Below, in pieces: positions 40,560 to 48,768 of a stretch of 64,000 nt of DNA (position 1 is its first letter; the number at the start of each line of letters is the position of its first letter). The translations under genes were made by a program, and so were the position numbers. Origin of the DNA: a virus; the IMG/VR virus record IMGVR_UViG_3300028490_000395. The stretch is one strand, 5' to 3'. The notes beneath the pieces were generated by a model that saw only the letters and a program-made list of their open reading frames with translations, was not told the DNA's origin and did no database searches.

Positions 40560-40957
40560 AATAGCTCCTTTCTAACTTCTTCATTAATGCGTTCCATAAT
40601 GAGCTCAATAGCATTGAGAACATGGTGTGCACGAGTCTTAGATACAGTTTTTCGATAACGCTTAAAACCTAGAATAGTCTTAGCTGCAGTTTTCGTTAAA
40701 ACAATATATCCGGCCACAGATGGGCTTAGATACTCATAATGTTTACGTCCGTCAAATTTAGACAATAAAGTCATATCTTTGAGAACATAAAAAGGGACTG
40801 TAATAAGATGATCAGAATTTTGTTCTGCTCGATCTTTTTTGAATTCAAAATTAATTGAATTTGAAGTGCCAGTGTTTAAAGACAATCCTTTGATTGCGCT
40901 AAAAATAAGAACACCTGCTTCTTTTTCTTGTTTAAGAAAATCTTTTACTTTTACCAT
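40556..40957 (-). CDS. hypothetical protein
   Basis: Operon member. Confidence 0.45.
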   Translation of the reverse strand: MVKVKDFLKQEKEAGVLIFSAIKGLSLNTGTSNSINFEFKKDRAEQNSDHLITVPFYVLKDMTLLSKFDGRKHYEYLSPSVAGYIVLTKTAAKTILGFKRYRKTVSKTRAHHVLNAIELIMERINEEVRKELL

Positions 40958-40971
40958 TTTATTCTCCTTGT

Positions 40972-41196
40972 TTACGACGTAGATTCATAGTCCCATTCAA
41001 CACGAGTGTCATAGTTACCATCTGGTCGTTTTGTAAATATCGTTCTGCGAACACCACAAATTGTACTAAATGTCTGCTTTCCATAAATTGAATCGCTATC
41101 ATTTTCGTGTGTATCTTCAGAAACCTCAATTGTTGCTTTTTTTACAACCTTAATACCTTTACCAGAAAACTGATAATTCTTTGCGTTTTGGATCAT
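40972..41196 (-). CDS. small hypothetical protein
   Basis: Operon member. Confidence 0.4.
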   Translation of the reverse strand: MIQNAKNYQFSGKGIKVVKKATIEVSEDTHENDSDSIYGKQTFSTICGVRRTIFTKRPDGNYDTRVEWDYESTS

Positions 41197-41209
41197 TTTA
41201 AATGTCCTC

Positions 41210-41569
41210 CTATTTTAAATCTTGTACAAAAAGATCACCACCAAATTTACGTTGAAGAGAGTAAAGAAACCTTAGATTATCTAAGTTGACTTCATTGACT
41301 TTCTTCAAGCCCAATATTTTTAGTTCACCCTGAATTAAGCGATAAACTTCTGCTTGGTTTGCTTTAAATGCTGTTACAAATTTTGCCTTTTTATTTTCAT
41401 CTGATTTTAAATCGTCAGATAAATCTATATAAAGAATGTCGTTAACAATTACAATAGGCTTAATATTAGCCAGTATGCGCTTGATCAACTTATCCTTAAC
41501 CTTGTCTTGAATAGAATCGTACAGAATCTTATCTGGTATTTTTATCCAAGTTTGTTTTAATTTATCCAT
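41210..41569 (-). CDS. hypothetical protein
   Basis: Operon member. Confidence 0.45.
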   Translation of the reverse strand: MDKLKQTWIKIPDKILYDSIQDKVKDKLIKRILANIKPIVIVNDILYIDLSDDLKSDENKKAKFVTAFKANQAEVYRLIQGELKILGLKKVNEVNLDNLRFLYSLQRKFGGDLFVQDLK

Positions 41570-41578
41570 AATAATACC

Positions 41579-42154
41579 TTAAGAAAGGATCTCGGAAACT
41601 TGCTTAAGAATTGATTCCTCATCTTCTTCTGCGTTAACAAAATAGACTGGAACAGATCCCAAGTTTAAACCGATTACATTAAAATCGTATTCGCCTTCAT
41701 CGTCTTCGATCATAAATCGACGAGCAATATTTTCTTGCGAATCACCTCTTAATATCATTCGATGTTTACGAATATCCCGTGAAGCTAAAAATACAATTAG
41801 CTTAGTTGTTAGTCCTTGTGAATTAGCTGCTTTCAATAAGTCAGAAACATATCCAGCTGAAATAACAGACAAGATATTATGAGAACTTTTAAAGCTATTT
41901 TCTGCACTTGTTTTACCAGCAGAACTTCGACCAAGAAATCCAACAATCGGAATATCTTTATTTAGTTGTTTTAATTCATAAACGGGTACACCATATCTAC
42001 CAATAACACTTCCTGCAATAGAAGGTGTAGTAGCGAAAGATGCAGCCATTTCGGTTGAATCAAAAGTAGCATCGTCAACAAAGTAATAGTGAACACCATT
42101 AACTTCGCCAGGACGAGGAGGACGGGTAGTCATTGAAACTAGTTCATTACTCAT
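41579..42154 (-). CDS. guanylate-kinase homolog lacking the N-terminal P-loop
   Basis: MSNELVSMTTRPPRPGEVNGVHYYFV is the GMP-binding motif, located 6 residues from the start. Colinear with Gmk through LRGDSQENIARRF. No GxxGxGKS at the N-terminus. ATG at 42154 follows AAGGAG. Confidence 0.7.
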   Translation of the reverse strand: MSNELVSMTTRPPRPGEVNGVHYYFVDDATFDSTEMAASFATTPSIAGSVIGRYGVPVYELKQLNKDIPIVGFLGRSSAGKTSAENSFKSSHNILSVISAGYVSDLLKAANSQGLTTKLIVFLASRDIRKHRMILRGDSQENIARRFMIEDDEGEYDFNVIGLNLGSVPVYFVNAEEDEESILKQVSEILS

Positions 42155-43283
42155 CTTCAGCTCCTTCTTCAACTTCTTGAATAGAGATCGTAGTTCGAAT
42201 AACCTCTTTAAAAGGAATTTCGAAATCAGACTCTAGTTTTGCAGCAACTTCTTCATTGAATTTTAATTCCATGAAAGGAGCGTATTCTGCAAAAGCACCG
42301 ACTTCAAGGATTTTGTCCATGATTTCAGCTTTCTTAACTTTACGAGTCTTTAATTGGAAAGAAGAAGAAGTTTTAGCAACTGCACCATACTTACCATCTA
42401 AAAATGGAAGAAGAGCAGTAACTTCACCGACACCAGGCTTGCCATCTTTTTCAAGGACAAGTTGAGCAGCAGCTTTAACTTCTTTTTCATAATGTTTAGC
42501 TAACTCTTTAGCCCAAATAGAAGCTTTAAGTTTATGACGAAGACTTCCAATGTATTTACGACCGTCACATTGTGCGATGTATTTACAGTGTTGACAATGT
42601 GAACCGGGATTAAATTCTGGTGAGAACTCATCTTCCATATCACGCTTGTAACGCTTAAGTAGCTTTACAACGTCAGGTTGAATATCTTCGAGTGAATCGA
42701 TAGAGAAAACTTTTGGAAAACGTTTACCATTTCTTAGACCGAGTCTAATAAAGATAACCGGTAGACCATATTTCTTGTAAGCAGCAAGTGCATAAAGAAT
42801 AGCTTCAGCATCGACTTCCATTTTAATGTTGTAACCAGTTTTCCATTCATAAATTACTGTGTATGGAATACCTTTGATTTCTCGATATGTAGTTAAGTCG
42901 TTTTTAACGATTAAGTTAAAATCTTCTGAGACTTCAGGGAAGGAGACTGTATACTTTTCTTCAATACCAATCAAACTTTGATCAGCAAGAAGCTCTTTAA
43001 AGTTAACGTGATCACGAATTTCTTCATTAACCTCGTAAACAACTTCAAGAGGGAAGTTTTCAGTTGTTGGCTCATAAGAACCTTGTAAAATATCAGATGC
43101 AGCGGATGCAGCGATATCATGACCTAAAATACCAATGTCAAGTAAACGACTGTGGTCGCTAGTTTTGTCAGTATCTCGTAAGTGTTTGTAAGTTCTAAGT
43201 GGACAGTCTTCATACTGTGTGATTAAAGTCTTACTTGCCGTGTTAATTTGCTTGCGTTGTGCAGCGACGTCTAAAAAATCCAT
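42147..43283 (-). CDS. RecB/Cas4-like PD-(D/E)xK nuclease with 4-Cys (Fe-S) module
   Basis: VIYEWKTG (ExKT), AILYALAAY (QhxxY-like), an N-terminal Cys (YEDCPL), and C-terminal CQHCKYIAQC. ATG at 43283 follows AAGGGGA. Confidence 0.65.
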   Translation of the reverse strand: MDFLDVAAQRKQINTASKTLITQYEDCPLRTYKHLRDTDKTSDHSRLLDIGILGHDIAASAASDILQGSYEPTTENFPLEVVYEVNEEIRDHVNFKELLADQSLIGIEEKYTVSFPEVSEDFNLIVKNDLTTYREIKGIPYTVIYEWKTGYNIKMEVDAEAILYALAAYKKYGLPVIFIRLGLRNGKRFPKVFSIDSLEDIQPDVVKLLKRYKRDMEDEFSPEFNPGSHCQHCKYIAQCDGRKYIGSLRHKLKASIWAKELAKHYEKEVKAAAQLVLEKDGKPGVGEVTALLPFLDGKYGAVAKTSSSFQLKTRKVKKAEIMDKILEVGAFAEYAPFMELKFNEEVAAKLESDFEIPFKEVIRTTISIQEVEEGAEDE

Positions 43284-43424
43284 AGGATCCCCTTTTAAAT
43301 TTAAAATATAGTCATTTTCATAGAAAATGCTTACTAAGTAATATGTACAAGTCCTCGTTAAATACAACATTAATATTATATCTCACAAAAACTTAAACAC
43401 AGATAATTATTGTTAACTAAATAG

Positions 43425-43446
43425 CTAAAGAAAAGCCAAAAGGCTT
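43425..43446 (-). terminator. terminator hairpin AAGCC-TTTT-GGCTT + TTCTTT (minus strand)
   Basis: Same 20-mer as the ligA terminator. Lies downstream of 43454..43702 (-). Confidence 0.55.
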
Positions 43447-43453
43447 ATCTAAA

Positions 43454-43702
43454 TTAAACGAAAATCCACTCTGTGTTAAATTTACGTTTGGTATCTCTAA
43501 AAAACTTGTTTAAAGTTTTTCTAACATTTTGATTAATTGGATCTTGGTATGAAAAAATCAAAGTAACTTTGCCAGGGACAAGGTCACGATTGATTTCATA
43601 TGACATGTTAATCTCTAAGAGATGTGTTGAAGAACACAGTTTAGTGTTCAGGAAGGGAATGATTTCTGAAGTAAGTTCTTCAAATTGAAGTGCTTTGGAC
43701 AT
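43454..43702 (-). CDS. small hypothetical protein
   Basis: ORF with AAGGAG-like upstream sequence. Confidence 0.45.
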   Translation of the reverse strand: MSKALQFEELTSEIIPFLNTKLCSSTHLLEINMSYEINRDLVPGKVTLIFSYQDPINQNVRKTLNKFFRDTKRKFNTEWIFV

Positions 43703-43828
43703 AGAAACTCCTTAGTTAAATTGGTTTGAGTTCGTTATAGTAGCTTATTATAGAAAAAGAGAGGGTTAAAGCTAATTTTTATCTTTTATAACATATAATT
43801 CGTTTATGAATAAATCAAAGGAGATTTT

Positions 43829-44326
43829 TTGAACTCAACATATTTAACAATCGACGGGAAAGATTGCCAAGTCGATCAATTGTCAAAAGTAGAAGAAAGA
43901 TTAGAGAAAGGATATTCTTTAAGCTTGTCTTTAAATGACTCTTTTTTCAGATCAGGGGTACCTAATACATTTCAAGAGATGTACCCGAAGGTTTGGCTTG
44001 AGATAAGTAAGGCCTTATTCATGAGCGGGGTAAAGAGGGTCAACCTCCCTTTTTCTGTAATAGTTGCGGAAAGAGCATCGCACAAGTTCAAGAAAGTTCC
44101 AGTGAGAACAGCTAAGGTTCTTATAAATGAAAAACATGCTGATCCAGATTCTGTTTCTGAAAAAACACTAGGTGGCATAAAAACAAAAACAGCTATCTTC
44201 AACATATCTGAAGGTGACTTCATTCAAATTCAAACAAAAATCAATAGCATATTAAAGGAAGAAGCTTATAATGTGATATCAATACCTGGCATAGGGTTAT
44301 GTTTTAAAAGATATTCTTTTCTTTAA
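43829..44326 (+). CDS. hypothetical protein (TTG start)
   Basis: AAGGAG lies 7 nt upstream of the TTG. Confidence 0.45.
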   Translation: MNSTYLTIDGKDCQVDQLSKVEERLEKGYSLSLSLNDSFFRSGVPNTFQEMYPKVWLEISKALFMSGVKRVNLPFSVIVAERASHKFKKVPVRTAKVLINEKHADPDSVSEKTLGGIKTKTAIFNISEGDFIQIQTKINSILKEEAYNVISIPGIGLCFKRYSFL

Positions 44327-44388
44327 GCTCTATTTAATAATTCATATGATAGTATTTCAGCATAAACAAAAAAACAAGGAGGCCAAAG

Positions 44389-44481
44389 ATGTCTAATAAC
44401 GTTATGAACAACATGATCGGGATGAATATGTCTATGGGCTGGTGTGGGAACACTAGCTCCGAATGGCCTCCAGCTATTTAA
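44389..44481 (+). CDS. 30-aa Met/Asn/Gly/Trp-rich peptide (leader-like)
   Basis: AAGGAGG lies 7 nt upstream. Peptide MSNNVMNNMIGMNMSMGWCGNTSSEWPPAI is followed by a hairpin and a T7 tract. Confidence 0.5.
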   Translation: MSNNVMNNMIGMNMSMGWCGNTSSEWPPAI

Positions 44482-44505
44482 AAACTCTCTGTAGTTTTTA
44501 TGGTC

Positions 44506-44540
44506 AGGCCGAGGAGACTTGGTTTGGCCTTTTTTTATTT
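44506..44540 (+). terminator. hairpin (AGGCC...GGCCT) + TTTTTTTATTT
   Basis: Lies directly after the 30-aa peptide gene and upstream of the tRNA cluster. Confidence 0.5.
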
Positions 44541-44727
44541 AAGGTCCCTCCAAACTCTTCCTTTAACAATATTGGTATATGATTAACCGGTACCCTCTCT
44601 GAGGAAATCCATAGGACATATATAAAGTCGTAAGTTTCACGAAAGTGATTAATGTGTTTCAGGGCACGCAATTTATTTTGCGGGAGTCTGGAGTAATTAT
44701 TCCCAAGCGCTACCAATTACAAAAAAT

Positions 44728-44804
44728 GCGGGTATAGCTCAGTTGGCTAGAGCGTCAGCCTTCCAAGCTGAATGTCGAGGGTTCGAGTCCCTTTGCCCGC
44801 TCCA
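44728..44804 (+). tRNA. tRNA-Gly (anticodon UCC)
   Basis: Cloverleaf folds. Anticodon arm tcagc-CTTCCAA-gctga. Acceptor gcgggta/tgcccgc, discriminator U, and CCA encoded. Confidence 0.85.
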
Positions 44805-44810
44805 AGAAAT

Positions 44811-44885
44811 GCGGAAGTAGCTCAGTGGTAGAGCATAACCTTGCCAAGGTTGAGGTCGCGAGTTCGAGTCTCGTTTTCCGCTCCA
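44811..44885 (+). tRNA. tRNA-Gly (anticodon GCC)
   Basis: Anticodon arm taacc-TTGCCAA-ggttg. CCA encoded. Confidence 0.85.
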
Positions 44886-44902
44886 TGTAAAAAAAAGAAA
44901 AT

Positions 44903-44975
44903 GCGGGTATAGCTCAGTTGGTTAGAGCACTGGACATTTGTCCGCCGGTCAAGGGTTCGAGTCCTTTTGCCCGCT
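44903..44975 (+). tRNA. tRNA-like paralog with aberrant anticodon arm (pseudo-tRNA?)
   Basis: Acceptor, D arm and T arm are near-identical to tRNA-Gly(UCC) at 44728. The anticodon region ctggacatttgtccgcc folds only as a 5-bp stem with a 4-nt loop (AUUU). No CCA. Confidence 0.5.
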
Positions 44976-45000
44976 CAAATATTAGATAAAGGAGATTACA

Positions 45001-45315
45001 GTGAAAAATCTTGATCAGAAGTTCTTAGTTAACACAGAAGACACAGGGAGATTCATTGTGATCTCAAAGCGCACAGGCAGGAAATATTTTGTCGAAGCAA
45101 TAGGCGACCCTCATATTCAATGGGGATCAGTAGATGCCGCAAGTGGTAAGCTAAACACGAAGAAAGGATGGAAGAGATTTAGAGGATCAATTGATAAAGA
45201 GGATAGCCTCATTACAAAAGATTCTTTTGATAAAATCCATTCTTTAACTCCAGGGGAAAGCCCTCTTGTTTATATTGATAAACTTGACGCTAAGTATCCA
45301 ACCTTAGCTAGATAA
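45001..45315 (+). CDS. hypothetical protein embedded in tRNA cluster
   Basis: AAGGAG lies 6 nt upstream of the GTG start. 104 aa. Confidence 0.5.
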   Translation: MKNLDQKFLVNTEDTGRFIVISKRTGRKYFVEAIGDPHIQWGSVDAASGKLNTKKGWKRFRGSIDKEDSLITKDSFDKIHSLTPGESPLVYIDKLDAKYPTLAR

Positions 45316-45362
45316 ATCTAGGCTTCGGCCTAGGTGGTTTAAATCCCACTAAAAAAGCACAT

Positions 45363-45439
45363 GTCTGCGTAGCTCAGTTGGTAAGAGCGATCGGCTCATA
45401 TCCGATAGGTCACAGGTTCAATCCCTGTCGTAGATACCA
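45363..45439 (+). tRNA. tRNA-Met or tRNA-Ile2 (anticodon CAU)
   Basis: Anticodon arm atcgg-CTCATAT-ccgat. Acceptor has two G.U pairs. CCA encoded. Confidence 0.8.
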
Positions 45440-45448
45440 AGTAAAAAT

Positions 45449-45526
45449 GCGGGTGTAACTCAGTTGGTTTAGAGTGTCATCCTTCCAAGTTGAAAGTCGC
45501 GAGTTCGAGTCTCGTCACCCGCTCCA
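45449..45526 (+). tRNA. second tRNA-Gly(UCC)-like paralog with U.U mismatch in anticodon stem
   Basis: Anticodon arm tcatc-CTTCCAA-gttga. Acceptor gcgggtg/cacccgc. CCA encoded. Confidence 0.65.
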
Positions 45527-45542
45527 GAATGCAATGTCACAT

Positions 45543-45620
45543 AGGTCTATAGCTCCAACTGGCTAGAGCAGGGGATTCCAAATCCTCAGGTTAAGAGTTC
45601 GAATCTCTTTAGGCCTGCCA
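45543..45620 (+). tRNA. tRNA-Trp (anticodon CCA)
   Basis: Anticodon arm gggga-TTCCAAA-tcctc. Acceptor aggtcta/taggcct. CCA encoded. Confidence 0.8.
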
Positions 45621-45730
45621 TCTTTAAGCAAAATCAAAGTAAAAACATATTATCATTATCTCATGTAAAGAAATTTGCAAATAAGCAGCAATGTTTATTA
45701 CATCCTGATCACGCGATCTATCACCGCGTG

Positions 45731-47053
45731 TTATCTCCGAAACCCTCTAAAATTCTTATATTCATTCTTGTGCATGTAATAGCTTATTCCAACATTTGAT
45801 AGAATGATAGTTAAGAACAAAAATAATCCCCAACCAAAGCCAAAACTAATATCATTAACAGTATAAGCATACTCTTCATTAGGGACTCTCTCAAAGCCAG
45901 AGGCTGCATTAGTAGGTAGATACAGCTGCTTTGATATACTATCTAATAAAGACTGCTCAGAAAGGCCTCCTTTAATAATATTCGAGGCTAGCTCTATGTT
46001 AAATAAAGATCTTCTTGAAAAAGAAGAGACCTTGGAATTTGTGATTGTATTTGAACTCTTATCTACCCAAACAATAATAACAATATCATTCTTTTTAAAT
46101 CCTCCCCAATGCTTCTCTAGATAGTTAGGAAATTTTTCTCCGGCGTTAGATGGAACAATATATAGGATAGGGTTACCTTGTATTCTATGGCCAACTCTAG
46201 ATGCCAACAAGTCAAGCTTATCTTCAAGAGATCCATAGCCAAGGCCTACCTTGTCAATAAACCTTGTGTATTCAACAGCTCCGAACCCTGAAGAATGAAC
46301 TAAAGGGTATTCAACTAGATATTTTTGAACAGACTTAGGTGGAGTTAAAGCCTTATCAAAAATATCTCGCTTGCTTGCTCTTAGGAAATTGGTCACCTTA
46401 TGTGAGACTGCCGTGGGATATTCCTTTGTAGCGTCAATAATCCAAATATCTCCTTCTCCAGCGATCTTGCTAGAAGCTGTCATTGAATAACGGTTTCCGT
46501 CAGTTTCTCTAATATTCCCGAATAACGTTCTGTAGTTTTTGAAATCAAACTCATTGATAGAGACCTGATCACCTTCACTTGTATTAAGAAAATATTTTTC
46601 TGGATGTCTTGTGTAGTCTGTTTGAGTATGACAATTTTTCCCTTCTGAATCACAAACTTCAGACTCTGAATATGTTGTGTAAGGTTCTTCATAGAACACG
46701 GTTTCAGTCGTTCCATTAATAATAGATTTATCGGATATATCTGTGCCGAAAGTATAGAATATCAAGAAGAATATCCCACTTAATATAGAGGCCACCCCAG
46801 CATGTATAAAGACTTCCTTATAGAGAACAGCCGCATTATCTATCTGTCTATTTAAAAAGGCGATGACAATACTTACAAAGACAGAGAGAATAAAATATGG
46901 GTTTGAGCTTATTATCTTCAACATAGATAAGATATAGTTAAAGTCGTAAAAGTGAGATTCACCGAAGTCCATTGAAAATACAGAGTTTGCTGTACCGAGG
47001 AAAATGATCGCAATGATCATGTATATTTTAAGAGATATTTGTTTAAGTAACAT
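45731..47053 (-). CDS. membrane protein (N- and C-terminal TM), hypothetical
   Basis: ORF with hydrophobic termini. Confidence 0.5.
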   Translation of the reverse strand: MLLKQISLKIYMIIAIIFLGTANSVFSMDFGESHFYDFNYILSMLKIISSNPYFILSVFVSIVIAFLNRQIDNAAVLYKEVFIHAGVASILSGIFFLIFYTFGTDISDKSIINGTTETVFYEEPYTTYSESEVCDSEGKNCHTQTDYTRHPEKYFLNTSEGDQVSINEFDFKNYRTLFGNIRETDGNRYSMTASSKIAGEGDIWIIDATKEYPTAVSHKVTNFLRASKRDIFDKALTPPKSVQKYLVEYPLVHSSGFGAVEYTRFIDKVGLGYGSLEDKLDLLASRVGHRIQGNPILYIVPSNAGEKFPNYLEKHWGGFKKNDIVIIVWVDKSSNTITNSKVSSFSRRSLFNIELASNIIKGGLSEQSLLDSISKQLYLPTNAASGFERVPNEEYAYTVNDISFGFGWGLFLFLTIILSNVGISYYMHKNEYKNFRGFRR

Positions 47054-47190
47054 TTCTTAGCTCCTTGTTTTAGATAATGAGAGTGTAACTTATTTAACCT
47101 TAGAGAAAAGTGAACTTTTCAAACTAAGATGAAGAATATTGGATATAGTAAATTACAAGAGAAAACAATCTGGGACAGAAGGAAACGATC

Positions 47191-47448
47191 ATGAGTATAG
47201 AAGAACTTTTAAAGATAGAAGTTATGAAAGCTACAGATATAGGCTATAAGCTATTTTATAATAGCACTGGGTCAACAACAGCATATAAGCTATGTATAAG
47301 GCACATTTCTGCTGCACCAGCATTCGGATATGGTAAAGAGAAGTTTGGCATCTTAAAGCCCTCTAAAGACATCTATATAATAGATATTGATACAGGGCAA
47401 GTGTTTAAAACTAAAAACAGTATAAAAGTTATAAACCTAGATGATTAA
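47191..47448 (+). CDS. small hypothetical protein
   Basis: ORF only. Confidence 0.4.
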   Translation: MSIEELLKIEVMKATDIGYKLFYNSTGSTTAYKLCIRHISAAPAFGYGKEKFGILKPSKDIYIIDIDTGQVFKTKNSIKVINLDD

Positions 47449-47505
47449 AGTTTAAATTAAAGAAGATAACACTATACTTTTATTATCTAAAAAAAAGGCT
47501 CAACA

Positions 47506-48054
47506 ATGCAAAAAATTGTAATAACACTATTGATTACGGTAGCTATCGTATTCACCGGAGGATTCTTCTATCAAATGAGTATCCAAAACACATGTAATGG
47601 ATACGAACAAAGTATCAAGGCTTCTCACAAAGATTCAAAAAATGTACTTTCAAGAGTAATGAATTCAATCAAGACTAATGGGCTAGTTGCTAACAAGTAT
47701 TTCGACACAGTTGTAAAAGCTTTAGAAGCAGGTGTTAAAGCCGCAGAAGCTGGAGGAATTGGATCACAAGTTGCAATCATGAATCTTCAGAATAATAGCC
47801 AAAACATTCCCACAGACGTGTTAACAAAGCTTATGAATATTGTTACATCTAGCTATACAGATTTTGAGGTTTCTCAATCTAAAAACATTGACTTAATTAG
47901 ATCATACGAAACATTTTTAGGTTCAAGTCCTGAAAAATTCTTTACTGGCGATTATCCTACAATTGATTTAGAAAAGTACGGGCAATTGGTATTAAACAAA
48001 GATGCTAAAAAGTCTTTTGAGACCGGAGAGATGGAAGCAATCAATCCTTTTTAG
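47506..48054 (+). CDS. signal-anchored hypothetical protein
   Basis: N-terminal TM helix. Confidence 0.45.
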   Translation: MQKIVITLLITVAIVFTGGFFYQMSIQNTCNGYEQSIKASHKDSKNVLSRVMNSIKTNGLVANKYFDTVVKALEAGVKAAEAGGIGSQVAIMNLQNNSQNIPTDVLTKLMNIVTSSYTDFEVSQSKNIDLIRSYETFLGSSPEKFFTGDYPTIDLEKYGQLVLNKDAKKSFETGEMEAINPF

Positions 48055-48613
48055 AGAGTTCATACTCTCTGTGTTTTTCTTTGATCCTCAATCTTTTTGA
48101 TTTCATTGAAAAACATCTAAGTTCAGAATAGTTTAAACTTTTATCTCCTTTAAAATACCTCGTAATAAAAACCTTCATTGTATCTTTATGCTTTTGATCA
48201 GTTAAAGGAAACAACACGTAGTCGTTTAAGTAATTATTGTTCTGCTGATATTTTTCTTCATAATCATCTGCTATATAGGCTTTTAAAATAACATAGTCCT
48301 GTTTTGATATTTCAGAGAATCCAAACGTAAACGCTATAGAAACAAGAACTAAAACGGAAACTACCACAGCTTGAATAAAAATTCTGATAAGGATTAAAGG
48401 TATGTTTTGATTATATTTTTTATGCGCACCCATTTTGGTGGCAATAGTCATAGACGTGTCAGCCACGTTAATATGCAAAATTGAAAAAAAGATGATTATA
48501 AATATGCCAAGTATTAAGGGTGATAAAATATAGTCAGCGGCATTACATACGAAAGGCTCAATGTCCAGCCAGCCTTGATAGAAAAAGTTAGTTATACTGC
48601 CAAAAAAACCCAT
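48041..48613 (-). CDS. membrane protein hypothetical
   Basis: Several TM segments. Confidence 0.45.
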   Translation of the reverse strand: MGFFGSITNFFYQGWLDIEPFVCNAADYILSPLILGIFIIIFFSILHINVADTSMTIATKMGAHKKYNQNIPLILIRIFIQAVVVSVLVLVSIAFTFGFSEISKQDYVILKAYIADDYEEKYQQNNNYLNDYVLFPLTDQKHKDTMKVFITRYFKGDKSLNYSELRCFSMKSKRLRIKEKHREYELSKKD

Positions 48614-48768
48614 AAAAACCTCATAATTTTAATATAGAGTCATTTTAACATATAAAAAGAAAACTTCATATTTCTTTTAGGATTGCTTTGATATACTTTC
48701 TTTATTAATCAAGAAGATACCTATAACAATAAACGCATTTTATGCTTATTTACACGAAGGAGTTACTT

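Noticed and set aside
40368-40658. 96-aa plus-strand ORF inside the minus-strand operon.
   Set aside because: Antisense to two tightly coupled operon genes. No SD.
44504-44716. Minus-strand 70-aa ORF between the peptide gene and the tRNAs.
   Set aside because: It overlaps the terminator hairpin and T-tract and the tRNA leader region. No RBS.
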